Origin: an uncultured delta proteobacterium
GTDB lineage: Bacteria; Desulfobacterota; Syntrophia; Syntrophales; Smithellaceae
Assembly: GCA_963753975.1 (NCBI GenBank)
Contig: CAVWEH010000002.1
Location: 512,001 to 576,000, forward strand
Reading direction: 5' to 3'
DNA length: 64,000 nucleotides
Part shown: positions 12,378 through 21,966 of the stretch, one piece after another
Position numbering within the stretch: position 1 is the stretch's first letter
Layout of the letters: the number at the start of each line of letters is the position of its first letter
Position numbers and translations under genes: made by a program
The notes under the pieces: generated by a model
Seen by the model: only the letters and a program-made list of their open reading frames with translations
What the model was told of the DNA's origin: nothing
The model's database searches: none

Positions 12378-12878
12378 TTACATCTTATACTTGCCAAAAT
12401 CTTCCGCAGAAAGATTTTCCAGAAATTCCTTAATCTTATCTTCTTTCATTTTATCCAAATCACTTATTTTAATTCCGAAATCCACACTGCGCGATTTTTC
12501 AATGACTGCTTCATCGACAAATATAGGCGCATGCGCGCGCAGAGCCAGAGCAATAGCATCGCTGGGACGAGCATCAATTGTAAAATTTTGCCCTTCTTTG
12601 CTTAAATAAATATTAGCAAAAAAGGTATTGTTGCGAATATCGGCGATCACTATTTTATTCACGGCCACAGCTAAAGTTTTCAAGCATTCGTTAAACAAAT
12701 CATGGGTCATCGGCCGGGAAAAAGCTATTTTTTCCAGTTCTGTGGCAATAGCACTGGCTTCAAACAAACCTATCCAGATAGGAATGGCTTTATTTTCCTG
12801 CATGTTTTTCAATATGACGATGGGTGTATTGGTAATGGGATCAATTGTTAATCCCGAAACCTTCATTTCAATTAACAT
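12378..12878 (-). CDS. Bifunctional nuclease family protein (DUF151)
   Basis: IPIWIGLFEA, RPMTHDL, IDARPSDAIALALR. Confidence 0.92.
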   Translation of the reverse strand: MLIEMKVSGLTIDPITNTPIVILKNMQENKAIPIWIGLFEASAIATELEKIAFSRPMTHDLFNECLKTLAVAVNKIVIADIRNNTFFANIYLSKEGQNFTIDARPSDAIALALRAHAPIFVDEAVIEKSRSVDFGIKISDLDKMKEDKIKEFLENLSAEDFGKYKM

Positions 12879-12889
12879 TACCAACCTCC

Positions 12890-14224
12890 TTAATTTTCAA
12901 CTATTTCTCCTCTTAAAGAATGCAAATAAGCTTTAGATATTTTTACATTTACCACCTTGCCGATTAATTCCCGGTCGCCCTTAAAATTAACAATTTTCCA
13001 GGAGCGGGTTCGTCCGGTCAAATCACTTTCCAAATTTTTGCTATTTCCTTCCACCAGTAATTCTTGTCTGGTTCCTTCCAAAGCTATGTTTTTTTCCAGA
13101 GTATATTTATCCTGCAACGCCTGCAATTCTTGGAGTCTTCTTAGCTTTTCACATTCTTCGATTTTCCCCGTAAACTTTTGAGCCGCAGTCCCTTTTCTTT
13201 CAGAATACTTAAATGAGAATAAGGAATCAAACCTGATTTTTTCCATCATGTCAATGGTTTCTTGATAATCATTTTGCGTCTCCTGCGGAAATCCGACGAT
13301 TATATCTGAGGTAATGCTTATCCGTGGACAAACCTTGCGCAAATGATCGACTTTTGCTCTGTATTCTTCCACGGTATATCCTCTATTCATTAACGCCAAT
13401 ACCCGGTTGGATCCGGATTGTACCGGAAGATGAATGTGTTCGCATAATTTTTCTTCTTGGGCAAAGCAATCGATTAATTCGTGGGAGAGGTCACGTGGAT
13501 GTGAGGTTGTAAATCGAATTCTTTTGATGCCGGATATCTTACCGATTCTCTTAATTAGCCCGGCGAAATTCACCCCATTATTTATATTTTTGCCGTAAGA
13601 ATTGACATTTTGTCCCAAGAGCGTAACTTCTTTAATCCCGCAATCAGCCAGTTTTTTTATTTCTTCGCTGATCTCTTCCGGCGCCCGGCTCATCTCTCGC
13701 CCGCGCAAATAAGGGACAACGCAATAGGCACAAAAATTATTACAGCCCTGCATAATCGTGACAAAAGCGCTGACCGCATCCTTTTTCGGTGGAGCGAACA
13801 CGCCAATCGATTTTAATGATGGATGAAAATCGATTTGCGTAATCTGTTTTCTTTCTTTTTGCAGCGTTTGGACTAAACCGGGCAAACCATGAATGTTATG
13901 TGTACCGAAGACCAGGTCAACCTGCGCCACCTTTTTAAAAATCCTATCGCCTAAATGCTGTGCTAAACAACCACCGACACCGATAATCAGCGCCGGATTT
14001 TGTTCTTTTAATTTAGTGAGCCGTCCTAATTCAGAGAAGACTTTCTGCGCCGCTTTTTCCCGGATCGAACAGGTGTTGAGAAGGATTAAATCCGCTAATT
14101 TCTTGTTATCCGTTGTTCTGTATCCGATGCCGGCAAGCAAAGCCGCTATTTGTTCGGAATCGTGAATATTCATTTGACAGCCGAATGTTTGAATATATAA
14201 GTATTTATTTTTCATCTTTTTCAT
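12890..14224 (-). CDS. miaB: tRNA-2-methylthio-N6-dimethylallyladenosine synthase MiaB
   Basis: TFGCQMN, NTCSIRE, GCNNFCAYC radical-SAM motif, C-terminal TRAM domain. Confidence 0.97.
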   Translation of the reverse strand: MKKMKNKYLYIQTFGCQMNIHDSEQIAALLAGIGYRTTDNKKLADLILLNTCSIREKAAQKVFSELGRLTKLKEQNPALIIGVGGCLAQHLGDRIFKKVAQVDLVFGTHNIHGLPGLVQTLQKERKQITQIDFHPSLKSIGVFAPPKKDAVSAFVTIMQGCNNFCAYCVVPYLRGREMSRAPEEISEEIKKLADCGIKEVTLLGQNVNSYGKNINNGVNFAGLIKRIGKISGIKRIRFTTSHPRDLSHELIDCFAQEEKLCEHIHLPVQSGSNRVLALMNRGYTVEEYRAKVDHLRKVCPRISITSDIIVGFPQETQNDYQETIDMMEKIRFDSLFSFKYSERKGTAAQKFTGKIEECEKLRRLQELQALQDKYTLEKNIALEGTRQELLVEGNSKNLESDLTGRTRSWKIVNFKGDRELIGKVVNVKISKAYLHSLRGEIVEN

Positions 14225-14345
14225 ACCAAGTCGCATTCAAACGCTAACTTTGTTGGCTGCGTCGTCTGGCTCCTCAACGTATCTACAATACGCCTGCGTC
14301 GCCTCCTCCTTGCCGCCTCGTTATCCTCTGAATGCAACATGGTAT
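14223..14345. mobile_element. 123-bp MITE-like element with 17-bp terminal inverted repeats
   Basis: ATACCAAGTCGCATTCA (14223-14239) vs TGAATGCAACATGGTAT (14329-14345), 15/17 complementary; non-coding interior. Confidence 0.6.
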
Positions 14346-14479
14346 CAGCTTTAATTACTTAAATTGAGGCTTAATATTTCAACATTAGTTAGTCAATAAG
14401 TTTTTGAGAATTTACAGGTGATTTTTCCTTTTAAAAAAACTAAGATGTGCTATGTTTTGACCGAGAACTCGGAAAAAGC

Positions 14480-14505
14480 GAAGTTCGGATATTAATTGTT
14501 ATAGC
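14480..14505 (+). other. Putative attI-like site / 5' recombination boundary of the first gene cassette
   Basis: GTTATAGC (14498-14505) is the exact reverse complement of R'' GCTATAAC (15148-15155) at the end of the same cassette. Confidence 0.55.
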
Positions 14506-14516
14506 AGGAAAAGAAG

Positions 14517-15146
14517 ATGAAAGAGGCATCGAAAAAATCACCTGTTTTCACCCCGGATGACGAGCCGTATCTTGGGAGAGAATCTGTGTTTCACTTTGAT
14601 CAGGTTATCCTGTCCTGCTTGGAAGCAAATGCCGAGATTGCTGCTTACACACACAAAAACGAACTGAATGACTTGCAGAAGGCAGCTTGTCAGATTATTC
14701 CCCAAGGTATCAATCTTGCGTTAAGTATTCGTGAACTGGTTCGCCAAGGCTATCTGTTTGCGGCGGCTGTTCTGATGCGCCCTCTCATTGAGCGCGTAGC
14801 TATTATTTCATACCTCCATGAAAAACCGCAAGAAGTCTCTTTATGGCAACGTGGTTGGGAACATAAAGAGCGCCCCAGTCTTGCCAAAATGCTGGCAACC
14901 ATGAACAAGGAGGTGGACACAAAGCAGGCTCAGGAAATTTGTAGCACCTTCAATTCCTTAACTCATGGTGACCCTATGGGCTCGGCCTTCAATTTGGTGA
15001 GCCTCCCGGCAGGTGGGCTTGGCTATTCCGTCGGCAAGGTGCTCAACGAGCCGGAGTTCTGCGATTTCGTTTGTTTTCAATCGTATCTCTACTTGATCGT
15101 CATAATGGCAAGAATGGCAGGGTGTTTCCCTGATAAAAAAAGCTGA
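14517..15146 (+). CDS. Gene-cassette ORF 1, hypothetical (possibly DUF5677/HEPN-like)
   Basis: RBS-ATG 12 nt after the GTT site; LMRPLIE and NSLTHG motifs; followed directly by attC. Confidence 0.7.
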   Translation: MKEASKKSPVFTPDDEPYLGRESVFHFDQVILSCLEANAEIAAYTHKNELNDLQKAACQIIPQGINLALSIRELVRQGYLFAAAVLMRPLIERVAIISYLHEKPQEVSLWQRGWEHKERPSLAKMLATMNKEVDTKQAQEICSTFNSLTHGDPMGSAFNLVSLPAGGLGYSVGKVLNEPEFCDFVCFQSYLYLIVIMARMAGCFPDKKS

Positions 15147-15147
15147 A

Positions 15148-15213
15148 GCTATAACAAGGCGCTTCACGGGATCGGCGTGCACGCACGCCTCCCCGTAAGC
15201 TTTTGCGTTATGC
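15148..15213 (+). other. attC integron recombination site
   Basis: R'' GCTATAAC ... R' GTTATGC; hairpin GCTT(C)ACGGG..GGCGTGC-AC-GCACGCC..CCCGT-AAGC with the characteristic unpaired base in L''. Confidence 0.85.
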
Positions 15214-15234
15214 GAAGAATATGGAGGGCACCAA

Positions 15235-16074
15235 ATGAGACGTAAGACGGTTATAGTGATTCTAATAGTCCTGATGTGTCTCGGACTGTTCCAGATATAC
15301 GACTCACCGGATGAAAACCACAAGTACGCAGCCGATCTACAAGGGACAATAAATGCGGGGCATCAGTTTTCGTGGCTTCTGTTCATAGGCTATAAAGGCG
15401 GGTTGCTCGATCAGTTTGATTTTACAGACTGGGCAAGGTCAAAACTGAAGGAAAAAGATATACAACAAGTATTTCGGAATAAAATTCTTGACAAATACAA
15501 GGCTGGCGGCGGGAAGTATGAGCATGAGCTGAGTTCGATACTATACAAGGAACCAGAAGACATCGAATTGGTTGCTTTAGAAAGGCAACAAAACTATACG
15601 GCTATGACTTTTAAACTCAACAAGCGATTTACCAACAGTCCCGATCTGCCTGACAAAGGCGGACTGGTGTATTCCGTTGTTTTTTCGTACGGTGAACGAC
15701 CGGATGGTGCACTCTGGAAAAAGGTGTTACGTAAAACTGCAAATGCTGTCCCGTTTTGCAGCTCATTCGGCACAACGGGAAGGTGGGTAGTTGTTGATTA
15801 TAACTATACTTACAATCAAAGCGACTATGTGACATGGTACTTGCGAGAAGGAGATAGCTTGGTTAACCAGAAACAGAAAGAGAACATGGATTCCTTGAAG
15901 AGATTGAATACGAAAGAAGGGCGTCAGGAGTTTATGAAGAGTGTAGAGACGGATGTAGCGATCTCCGATATATGGGCTAGTGCTTGGGTAAAAAGACTTC
16001 CAGAACATATAGACGAACATCTTTTTCAGAAAACAGAGCGGGTACGAAATGAGCTTGTCCCTGGAGCCCGGTAG
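15235..16074 (+). CDS. Gene-cassette ORF 2, exported or membrane-anchored hypothetical protein
   Basis: GGAGG RBS just after attC; N-terminal hydrophobic signal. Confidence 0.75.
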   Translation: MRRKTVIVILIVLMCLGLFQIYDSPDENHKYAADLQGTINAGHQFSWLLFIGYKGGLLDQFDFTDWARSKLKEKDIQQVFRNKILDKYKAGGGKYEHELSSILYKEPEDIELVALERQQNYTAMTFKLNKRFTNSPDLPDKGGLVYSVVFSYGERPDGALWKKVLRKTANAVPFCSSFGTTGRWVVVDYNYTYNQSDYVTWYLREGDSLVNQKQKENMDSLKRLNTKEGRQEFMKSVETDVAISDIWASAWVKRLPEHIDEHLFQKTERVRNELVPGAR

Positions 16075-16132
16075 CAATAAAGGTCAGCCAATCACCAATA
16101 AAGTCGGCTATGACTGATCATGACGTTAGCCG
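16074..16132 (+). other. Degenerate attC-like site
   Basis: Imperfect hairpin GTCAGCC...GGCTATGAC ending in GTTAGCCG (16125-16132); R'' box is degenerate. Confidence 0.4.
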
Positions 16133-16175
16133 TATGATTAAATGGATAAAAATATATAAGCAGAGGATTATTGCG

Positions 16176-16436
16176 ATGAATAAATGGGAAATATCAATAT
16201 TGAGGGTAATCGTGTCCAGTGCTGGGACCGCATCTTTAAACCACATTTACTCTGAGCTTCCTCATTATATTAATTTAACAAATAAACATAAAGAAATAAA
16301 TTACAAAGCTCCAAATTATCATCATCAAACAAGAGCGCATGTTGATGATTTATTGGACAGTGGAGATCTAATCAGAACTAGCAGGGGTGTATACTCCATT
16401 ACGTCGCAAGGTCGGTTAAGAATTAGGAATATGTAA
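16176..16436 (+). CDS. Probable cassette ORF 3, small winged-helix-like protein
   Basis: GAGG RBS; helix-rich then LIRTSRGVYSITSQG wing-like end; followed by CGACTAAT (16439-16446), 6/8 match to the complement of GTTAGCCG. Confidence 0.6.
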   Translation: MNKWEISILRVIVSSAGTASLNHIYSELPHYINLTNKHKEINYKAPNYHHQTRAHVDDLLDSGDLIRTSRGVYSITSQGRLRIRNM

Positions 16437-16639
16437 AACGACTAATAATTGTAAGTTGTAAAAGGAAAATATATTAGCCTACCATGCTGATAAGGAAAAG
16501 GATGGTCAAATCTTTATCCTTGACAATTCATCATCAGAGAGACTGCAATCATTGACATTCCCAGCTTTCCGGCGATTGATGCTTTTTCTTTAATCGCCGT
16601 TATCGATATTTTGAGACCTGATTTATATAAATTCAAAAA

Positions 16640-16803
16640 TGATTTATGAAGTGCGAATTGAAGCTTTTTACGGGTACCAGGCCCTCGCAGTGCAACGGCC
16701 GCCGGCACAAGTGTTTGAGTTCGCCTTAGGCGAACGAGTTTTGTGTCGGCAGTGAAGCGAGAGGCCGCATGGTCGTAAAAGGATTCTGAACACAAATGAA
16801 TCA
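16640..16803. repeat. Long imperfect palindrome (REP/MITE-like)
   Basis: Nested arms TTTTACG/CGTAAAA, CTCGC/GCGAG, GCCGGCACAA/TTGTGTCGGC around centre GTTCGCC-TTA-GGCGAAC. Confidence 0.6.
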
Positions 16804-16822
16804 GCTTTGCAAACCTTTCATT

Positions 16823-17680
16823 TTATAATTTTGTCATTGCTTCATAAAGCATATTGCTTAGCTTACCAAATTCCATCACGGAAAGTGTCTCTCCCCGGCG
16901 TTTTCCGTCAATCTTAGCGCAAGCCAGAACATCTCTTATCTTTTCTTCAGAAATGTTCGTCAGTAACTTTGAATTCTTCAAATTGTTAGTCAGCATTTTT
17001 CTACGTTGGGCAAACGACTGCTTTAACCAGGCCTGTAAAAAATATTTCATCAGTTCAAATGGACAAGAGATTTTTCCAGAGAAAGTCCCTCTTATTACCG
17101 CCGATTCGACTTTCGGACGCGGATAGAAACACGTTGCGGGCACATCAAATATTTTTTCCACGGAAGCAAACATTTGTAAAATCACCGAAGGCACGCCATA
17201 GCTTTTATCGCCGGGCAGCGCTACCAGCCGCTCAACAACTTCTTTCTGTAGCATGAGAACAAAACCATCGATAACTGAACGGAAAGACAATAAATAAAAA
17301 AGCAAAGGGCTGGATATATTGTAAGGTACATTACCGATAACCTTTACTTTGGATTTATATCCTTTTGATAGCGCCTTAAAGTCATATTTCAATATGTCGC
17401 CGCAGTGAATCTCCGCATTACTATAGGGCGCAAGTTTTGCTTTTAATACTTCTACCAGTTGCGGATCTATTTCTGCGGCAATAACTTTGCCGGCTTTTCT
17501 AGCGATCTCTTGCGTCAGTATGCCGATGCCGGATCCAATTTCAATGATAACATCTTCTGCGGAAATATCCGCTGATGCTGCTATTTTCCTGATGATATTG
17601 CCATCCAAAAGAAACGACTGGCCTAATTTCTTCTTCGGCTTGATTTCATATTTATTGATTATTTCTTTTGGCGTTGTCAT
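16823..17680 (-). CDS. rsmA: 16S rRNA dimethyladenosine transferase RsmA/KsgA
   Basis: KKLGQSFL, EIGSGIG, GNVPYNISSP, FAQRRK. Confidence 0.95.
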   Translation of the reverse strand: MTTPKEIINKYEIKPKKKLGQSFLLDGNIIRKIAASADISAEDVIIEIGSGIGILTQEIARKAGKVIAAEIDPQLVEVLKAKLAPYSNAEIHCGDILKYDFKALSKGYKSKVKVIGNVPYNISSPLLFYLLSFRSVIDGFVLMLQKEVVERLVALPGDKSYGVPSVILQMFASVEKIFDVPATCFYPRPKVESAVIRGTFSGKISCPFELMKYFLQAWLKQSFAQRRKMLTNNLKNSKLLTNISEEKIRDVLACAKIDGKRRGETLSVMEFGKLSNMLYEAMTKL

Positions 17681-17687
17681 GGTTACT

Positions 17688-18695
17688 TCAGGAATTTGCC
17701 GTAGACAGCGGCCAACGCGATATTGCGTTCAAATCCAGCGAATCTCGATGGCCATTTAAGAGCATTACCTCGCCCAGTGCTGCAATCATAGCCGCGTTAT
17801 CCGTGCATAAAATCATCGGCGGTATAAATAAATCAATTTCCTTTTTTGATGCGGTAGCGGCAAATTTCTTCCGTAATCTACTGTTGGCCGCAACACCTCC
17901 GCAAACTACAACTTGGGAAATGTTATTATCTTGAGCTGCTCTAATCGTTTTTTCTACTAATACATCGACAATTGCCTCCTGATAACTTGCCACTATATCC
18001 GGTAATTCAGCGGCGCTAAAATCACAACCGCGTTTCTTCAACATAGTCAATAAGGAAGTTTTCAAACCACTGAAGCTGAAATCAGGCGAGTCCTTCATCG
18101 CCCGAGGAAAAGCAACTGCTTGCGGATTGCCATTTTTGGCCATTTTATCAATCACTACTCCTCCGGGATAACCAAGATTAAGAAGGTTGGCGCCCTTATC
18201 AAATGCTTCTCCCGCTGCATCATCCCGTGTCTGGCCTAATAAATGAAAATCATGATAATTTTTCACCATGTAAATATTCGTGTGTCCGCCTGATGCAATT
18301 AAGGCAACAAAAGAAAATGCGGGCGTTTTTTCGGCAAGGAATACTGCTGCAATATGCCCTTCTAAATGATTAACGCCAACTAATGGAATGTTCAGTGCAT
18401 AGGCCAGAGCCTTGGCCGTTGATAAACCAATCAGAAGTGATCCGATCAATCCCGGACCGCGGGTTACGGCCATACCTTTTATTTCCTTGAGCTCTATGTT
18501 TGCATCAGATAAGGCCTGTTCGATAACTGGATTTATTGCTTCAATGTGTTTACGCGAAGCAATTTCGGGAACAACTCCGCCGTACTTGCTATGAACTTTG
18601 ATTTGCGAGGCTATTACATTGGAAAGTATTTTCCCGTTATCGACTACTGCTGCCGCAGTTTCGTCGCATGATGAGTCAATTCCTAAAACTAACAA
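17688..18695 (-). CDS. tsaD: tRNA N6-adenosine threonylcarbamoyltransferase TsaD
   Basis: SSCDET, NHLEGH, SGGHT, DDAAGEAFDK, TDNAAMIA. Confidence 0.97.
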   Translation of the reverse strand: MLVLGIDSSCDETAAAVVDNGKILSNVIASQIKVHSKYGGVVPEIASRKHIEAINPVIEQALSDANIELKEIKGMAVTRGPGLIGSLLIGLSTAKALAYALNIPLVGVNHLEGHIAAVFLAEKTPAFSFVALIASGGHTNIYMVKNYHDFHLLGQTRDDAAGEAFDKGANLLNLGYPGGVVIDKMAKNGNPQAVAFPRAMKDSPDFSFSGLKTSLLTMLKKRGCDFSAAELPDIVASYQEAIVDVLVEKTIRAAQDNNISQVVVCGGVAANSRLRKKFAATASKKEIDLFIPPMILCTDNAAMIAALGEVMLLNGHRDSLDLNAISRWPLSTANS

Positions 18696-18808
18696 ATTTT
18701 AATCCTCTTTTGTAATTTTACTTTACTAAAAGTGAAAAATGCTTATATAAAAGGTGGACCTATTTGTAAACAAACTTTTAACAGCGATTATTCGGTGGAA
18801 AACATTCA

Positions 18809-20398
18809 ATGGAATTTAAAACAGATTTTTTGATTTTAGGCAGCGGTATTGCGGGTTTAAGCTTGGCTATTAAGGCTTCCACCCTGGGCACTGTCGCCAT
18901 CGTCACAAAAAAAGAAAAGTCGGAATCCAATACTAATTATGCTCAAGGCGGCATCGCCGCCGTTACCGATCAGACCGACAGTTTCGAAGATCATATTAAC
19001 GACACACTGATTTGCGGCGCAGGTCTTTGCAACAAAGATGTGGTCGATTTCGTCGTCCGAGAAGCTCCACCCCGTATTCAGGAACTGATCCAATGGGGAG
19101 TAAATTTCACAAAATCGGAAGCGCCGCCTCATGCCTATGATTTAGGTCAGGAAGGAGGCCACAACCGCAGACGGGTACTGCATGCTAAAGACCTGACCGG
19201 AAAAGAAATCGAGCGGGCATTGCATGAAAAAGTTTCTCATTTAAAAAATGTGACAATTTACGAAAATCACATAGGCATTGACCTCATCATCGAAAGGGAC
19301 ATCTCCGGTAAAGCCGTTCGTTGTCTGGGAACATACGTGTTGGATATCAATAAAAATAGGGTTCATACATATTGCGCAAAATATATAATTTTATCCACCG
19401 GCGGAGCGGGCAAAGTTTATCTGATTACTACAAATCCCGATATTGCGACCGGTGACGGAATTGCCATGGCGTATCGTGCCGGAGCGCAAATTTCCAACAT
19501 GGAATTCATCCAGTTTCATCCGACTTGTCTTTACCACCCTGATGCCAAAGCTTTCCTCATCAGCGAAGCCGTGCGCGGCGAAGGGGCAATTCTCCGACTA
19601 AAAAATGGTGCGACGTTTATGGAAAATTATCACGCCCTGCAAAGTTTAGCTCCGCGTGACGTTGTCGCCAAAGCTATTTACACGGAAATAAAAAAATCCG
19701 GCGATGAATATGTTCTTCTGGATATAACTCATCGCGATCGTGATTTCATAATTAATCGCTTTCCCAATATTTACGAAAAGTGTCTGGAATTCGGTCTCGA
19801 CATAACCACGGATCCGATTCCTGTGGCTCCGGCCGCACATTATATCTGCGGCGGTGTTACCGTAAATCCCTTCGGGGAAACTTCTATTGCCAATCTTTAC
19901 GCCTGCGGTGAAGTATCCTGCACCGGACTGCATGGGGCAAACCGCCTAGCGAGTAATTCCCTACTAGAAGCAGTTGTTTACTCACACCGTATTTATGCAA
20001 AAATTGCGCAATTATTCGCTTCCCAACAACACAGCAATTATTTTGTCGCTCCGTGGGATGACAGCGGAACAACGGAAAGTGACGATAGTGTTGTTGTAAC
20101 TAACAACTGGGACGAAATAAGAAGGTGTATGTGGAATTATGTTGGGATTGTTAGATCAAATAAAAGACTGGAGAGAGCCGTCCGCCGAATTGATCTCATC
20201 CAGAAAGAGATTGACGACTATTATTGGAACTTCAAGGTCACCAAGGATTTAATCGAACTGCGCAATATTACCACTGTCGCCAAATTAATCGTTCAGAGCG
20301 CTTGCGCCAGAAAAGAGAGCCGCGGTCTGCACTATAACGTCGATTATCCCGATACCCTCCAGGAATTCCAGAAAGACACGATTATTTTAAAAGGATAA
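18809..20398 (+). CDS. nadB: L-aspartate oxidase
   Basis: GSGIAGL, YAQGGIA, QFHPT, GLHGANRLASNSLLE, ESRGLH. Confidence 0.96.
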   Translation: MEFKTDFLILGSGIAGLSLAIKASTLGTVAIVTKKEKSESNTNYAQGGIAAVTDQTDSFEDHINDTLICGAGLCNKDVVDFVVREAPPRIQELIQWGVNFTKSEAPPHAYDLGQEGGHNRRRVLHAKDLTGKEIERALHEKVSHLKNVTIYENHIGIDLIIERDISGKAVRCLGTYVLDINKNRVHTYCAKYIILSTGGAGKVYLITTNPDIATGDGIAMAYRAGAQISNMEFIQFHPTCLYHPDAKAFLISEAVRGEGAILRLKNGATFMENYHALQSLAPRDVVAKAIYTEIKKSGDEYVLLDITHRDRDFIINRFPNIYEKCLEFGLDITTDPIPVAPAAHYICGGVTVNPFGETSIANLYACGEVSCTGLHGANRLASNSLLEAVVYSHRIYAKIAQLFASQQHSNYFVAPWDDSGTTESDDSVVVTNNWDEIRRCMWNYVGIVRSNKRLERAVRRIDLIQKEIDDYYWNFKVTKDLIELRNITTVAKLIVQSACARKESRGLHYNVDYPDTLQEFQKDTIILKG

Positions 20399-20469
20399 AT
20401 GTCCGGTATATAGAACTTAACTGTCAAAATATTTCACCTTACGAAAAAACGGCAAAAAACTATGGACTT

Positions 20470-21771
20470 TTATTTATCGTTTCCAAATACCCGGTTAAAA
20501 ATAAAATCCAGATTCTTTAAAAAGTTATTCATGTTGAAAATTTCCGTCAAATCTTTTTCCTGGAGATATTTCATTACCACTTCATCTGCTTTAAGCAATT
20601 CTCTGAATTCTATGCCTTCCTGCCAGGATTTCATCGCGTTTTTCTGAACAATTATATAGGCGTCTTCTCTGGTCATTCCTTTTTCAATAAGAGCAAGCAA
20701 CACCATTTGTGAGAAAACAACTCCTTTGGTCATATTCAGATTGGCCAACATTCTTTCCGGATAGACAATGAGCTTATCCATCATTCCGGCAAACCTTCCC
20801 AGCATAAAATCCAAAACAATCGTGGCATCCGGTCCGATAACTCTTTCTACCGAAGAATGACTAATATCTCTTTCATGCCAAAGAGCTACATTTTCCAGCG
20901 CTGCCAACGCATATGATCTGACGAGCCTCGCTAAACCGGAGAGATTTTCCGAAAGCACCGGGTTGCGCTTGTGCGGCATAGCCGATGAACCCTTTTGCCC
21001 TGCGGAGAAATATTCTTCCGCCTCCCGAACCTCCGTCCGCTGAAGCAACCTGATCTCCTGCGCAAATTTATCCACGGAAGAGGCGATTATCGCCAGAGTG
21101 GTAAAAAATTCGGCGTGCCGATCACGCTGGATAATTTGCGACGATACCGGCGCCGGTTTCAAAGCAAGTTTGCGACATACATATTCTTCCACAAACGGCT
21201 CCACAAAAGAAAAAGTGCCTACCGCTCCCGATATCTTTCCGTAGCTTATAGATTCTCTAGCGCTGACCAGACGACGATGATTGCGCTGCATTTCCTGATG
21301 CCACAAAGCCATCTTCAAACCGAAAGTAACCGGCTCGGCGTGAATGCCGTGCGATCGGCCGATCATTAATGTATTTTTATGTTCAAAAGCTTTCTTTTTC
21401 AAGACGACTAAAAGTTGATCAATATCTTCCAGTAAAATTTCCGCCGCTTCTTTCAACAAGATGGCAAGTGATGTATCCAAAATATCGGAAGAAGTAAGGC
21501 CCATGTGAATGAAACGACCGTCTTCACCTACTTTCTCCGTTAAAGAGGTTAAAAAAGCTATTACATCGTGCTTTGTCGTTTTTTCTATTTCATCAATACG
21601 TTTGACGTTAATAGCGGCTTTTTGTTTGATATTTTTCAGCGAATTTTCCGGGATTTTGCCGAGCTTCGCCATCGCTTCGCATGCCGTAATTTCCACATCA
21701 AGCCACTTCTGATATCTATTTTCCGTACTCCAAATTTTTGTCATTTTTTCTCGGGAATATCTGGAAATCAC
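20470..21771 (-). CDS. purB: Adenylosuccinate lyase
   Basis: HDVIAF, GRSHGIHAEP, GSSAMPHKRNP. Confidence 0.97.
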   Translation of the reverse strand: MISRYSREKMTKIWSTENRYQKWLDVEITACEAMAKLGKIPENSLKNIKQKAAINVKRIDEIEKTTKHDVIAFLTSLTEKVGEDGRFIHMGLTSSDILDTSLAILLKEAAEILLEDIDQLLVVLKKKAFEHKNTLMIGRSHGIHAEPVTFGLKMALWHQEMQRNHRRLVSARESISYGKISGAVGTFSFVEPFVEEYVCRKLALKPAPVSSQIIQRDRHAEFFTTLAIIASSVDKFAQEIRLLQRTEVREAEEYFSAGQKGSSAMPHKRNPVLSENLSGLARLVRSYALAALENVALWHERDISHSSVERVIGPDATIVLDFMLGRFAGMMDKLIVYPERMLANLNMTKGVVFSQMVLLALIEKGMTREDAYIIVQKNAMKSWQEGIEFRELLKADEVVMKYLQEKDLTEIFNMNNFLKNLDFIFNRVFGNDK

Positions 21772-21966
21772 TTACTCCTCCTCAGAATATTTATAGGTAT
21801 CGCACGTCGGTCAACCTTCTTCTCGCCATTTTTTTGTAGATTGATATTATTACGATTTTGATTAATACGTCAAGACCTATTAATAATACAGCGGGTCAAT
21901 TAAAGATTGACAAATTACACACGAAAACTTATTTAAATAAAATCAACTTGGAAGACGGGTGACTGC

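Noticed and set aside
16514..16795. 93-aa minus-strand ORF
   Set aside because: Mostly overlaps the long palindrome; no recognisable protein features.
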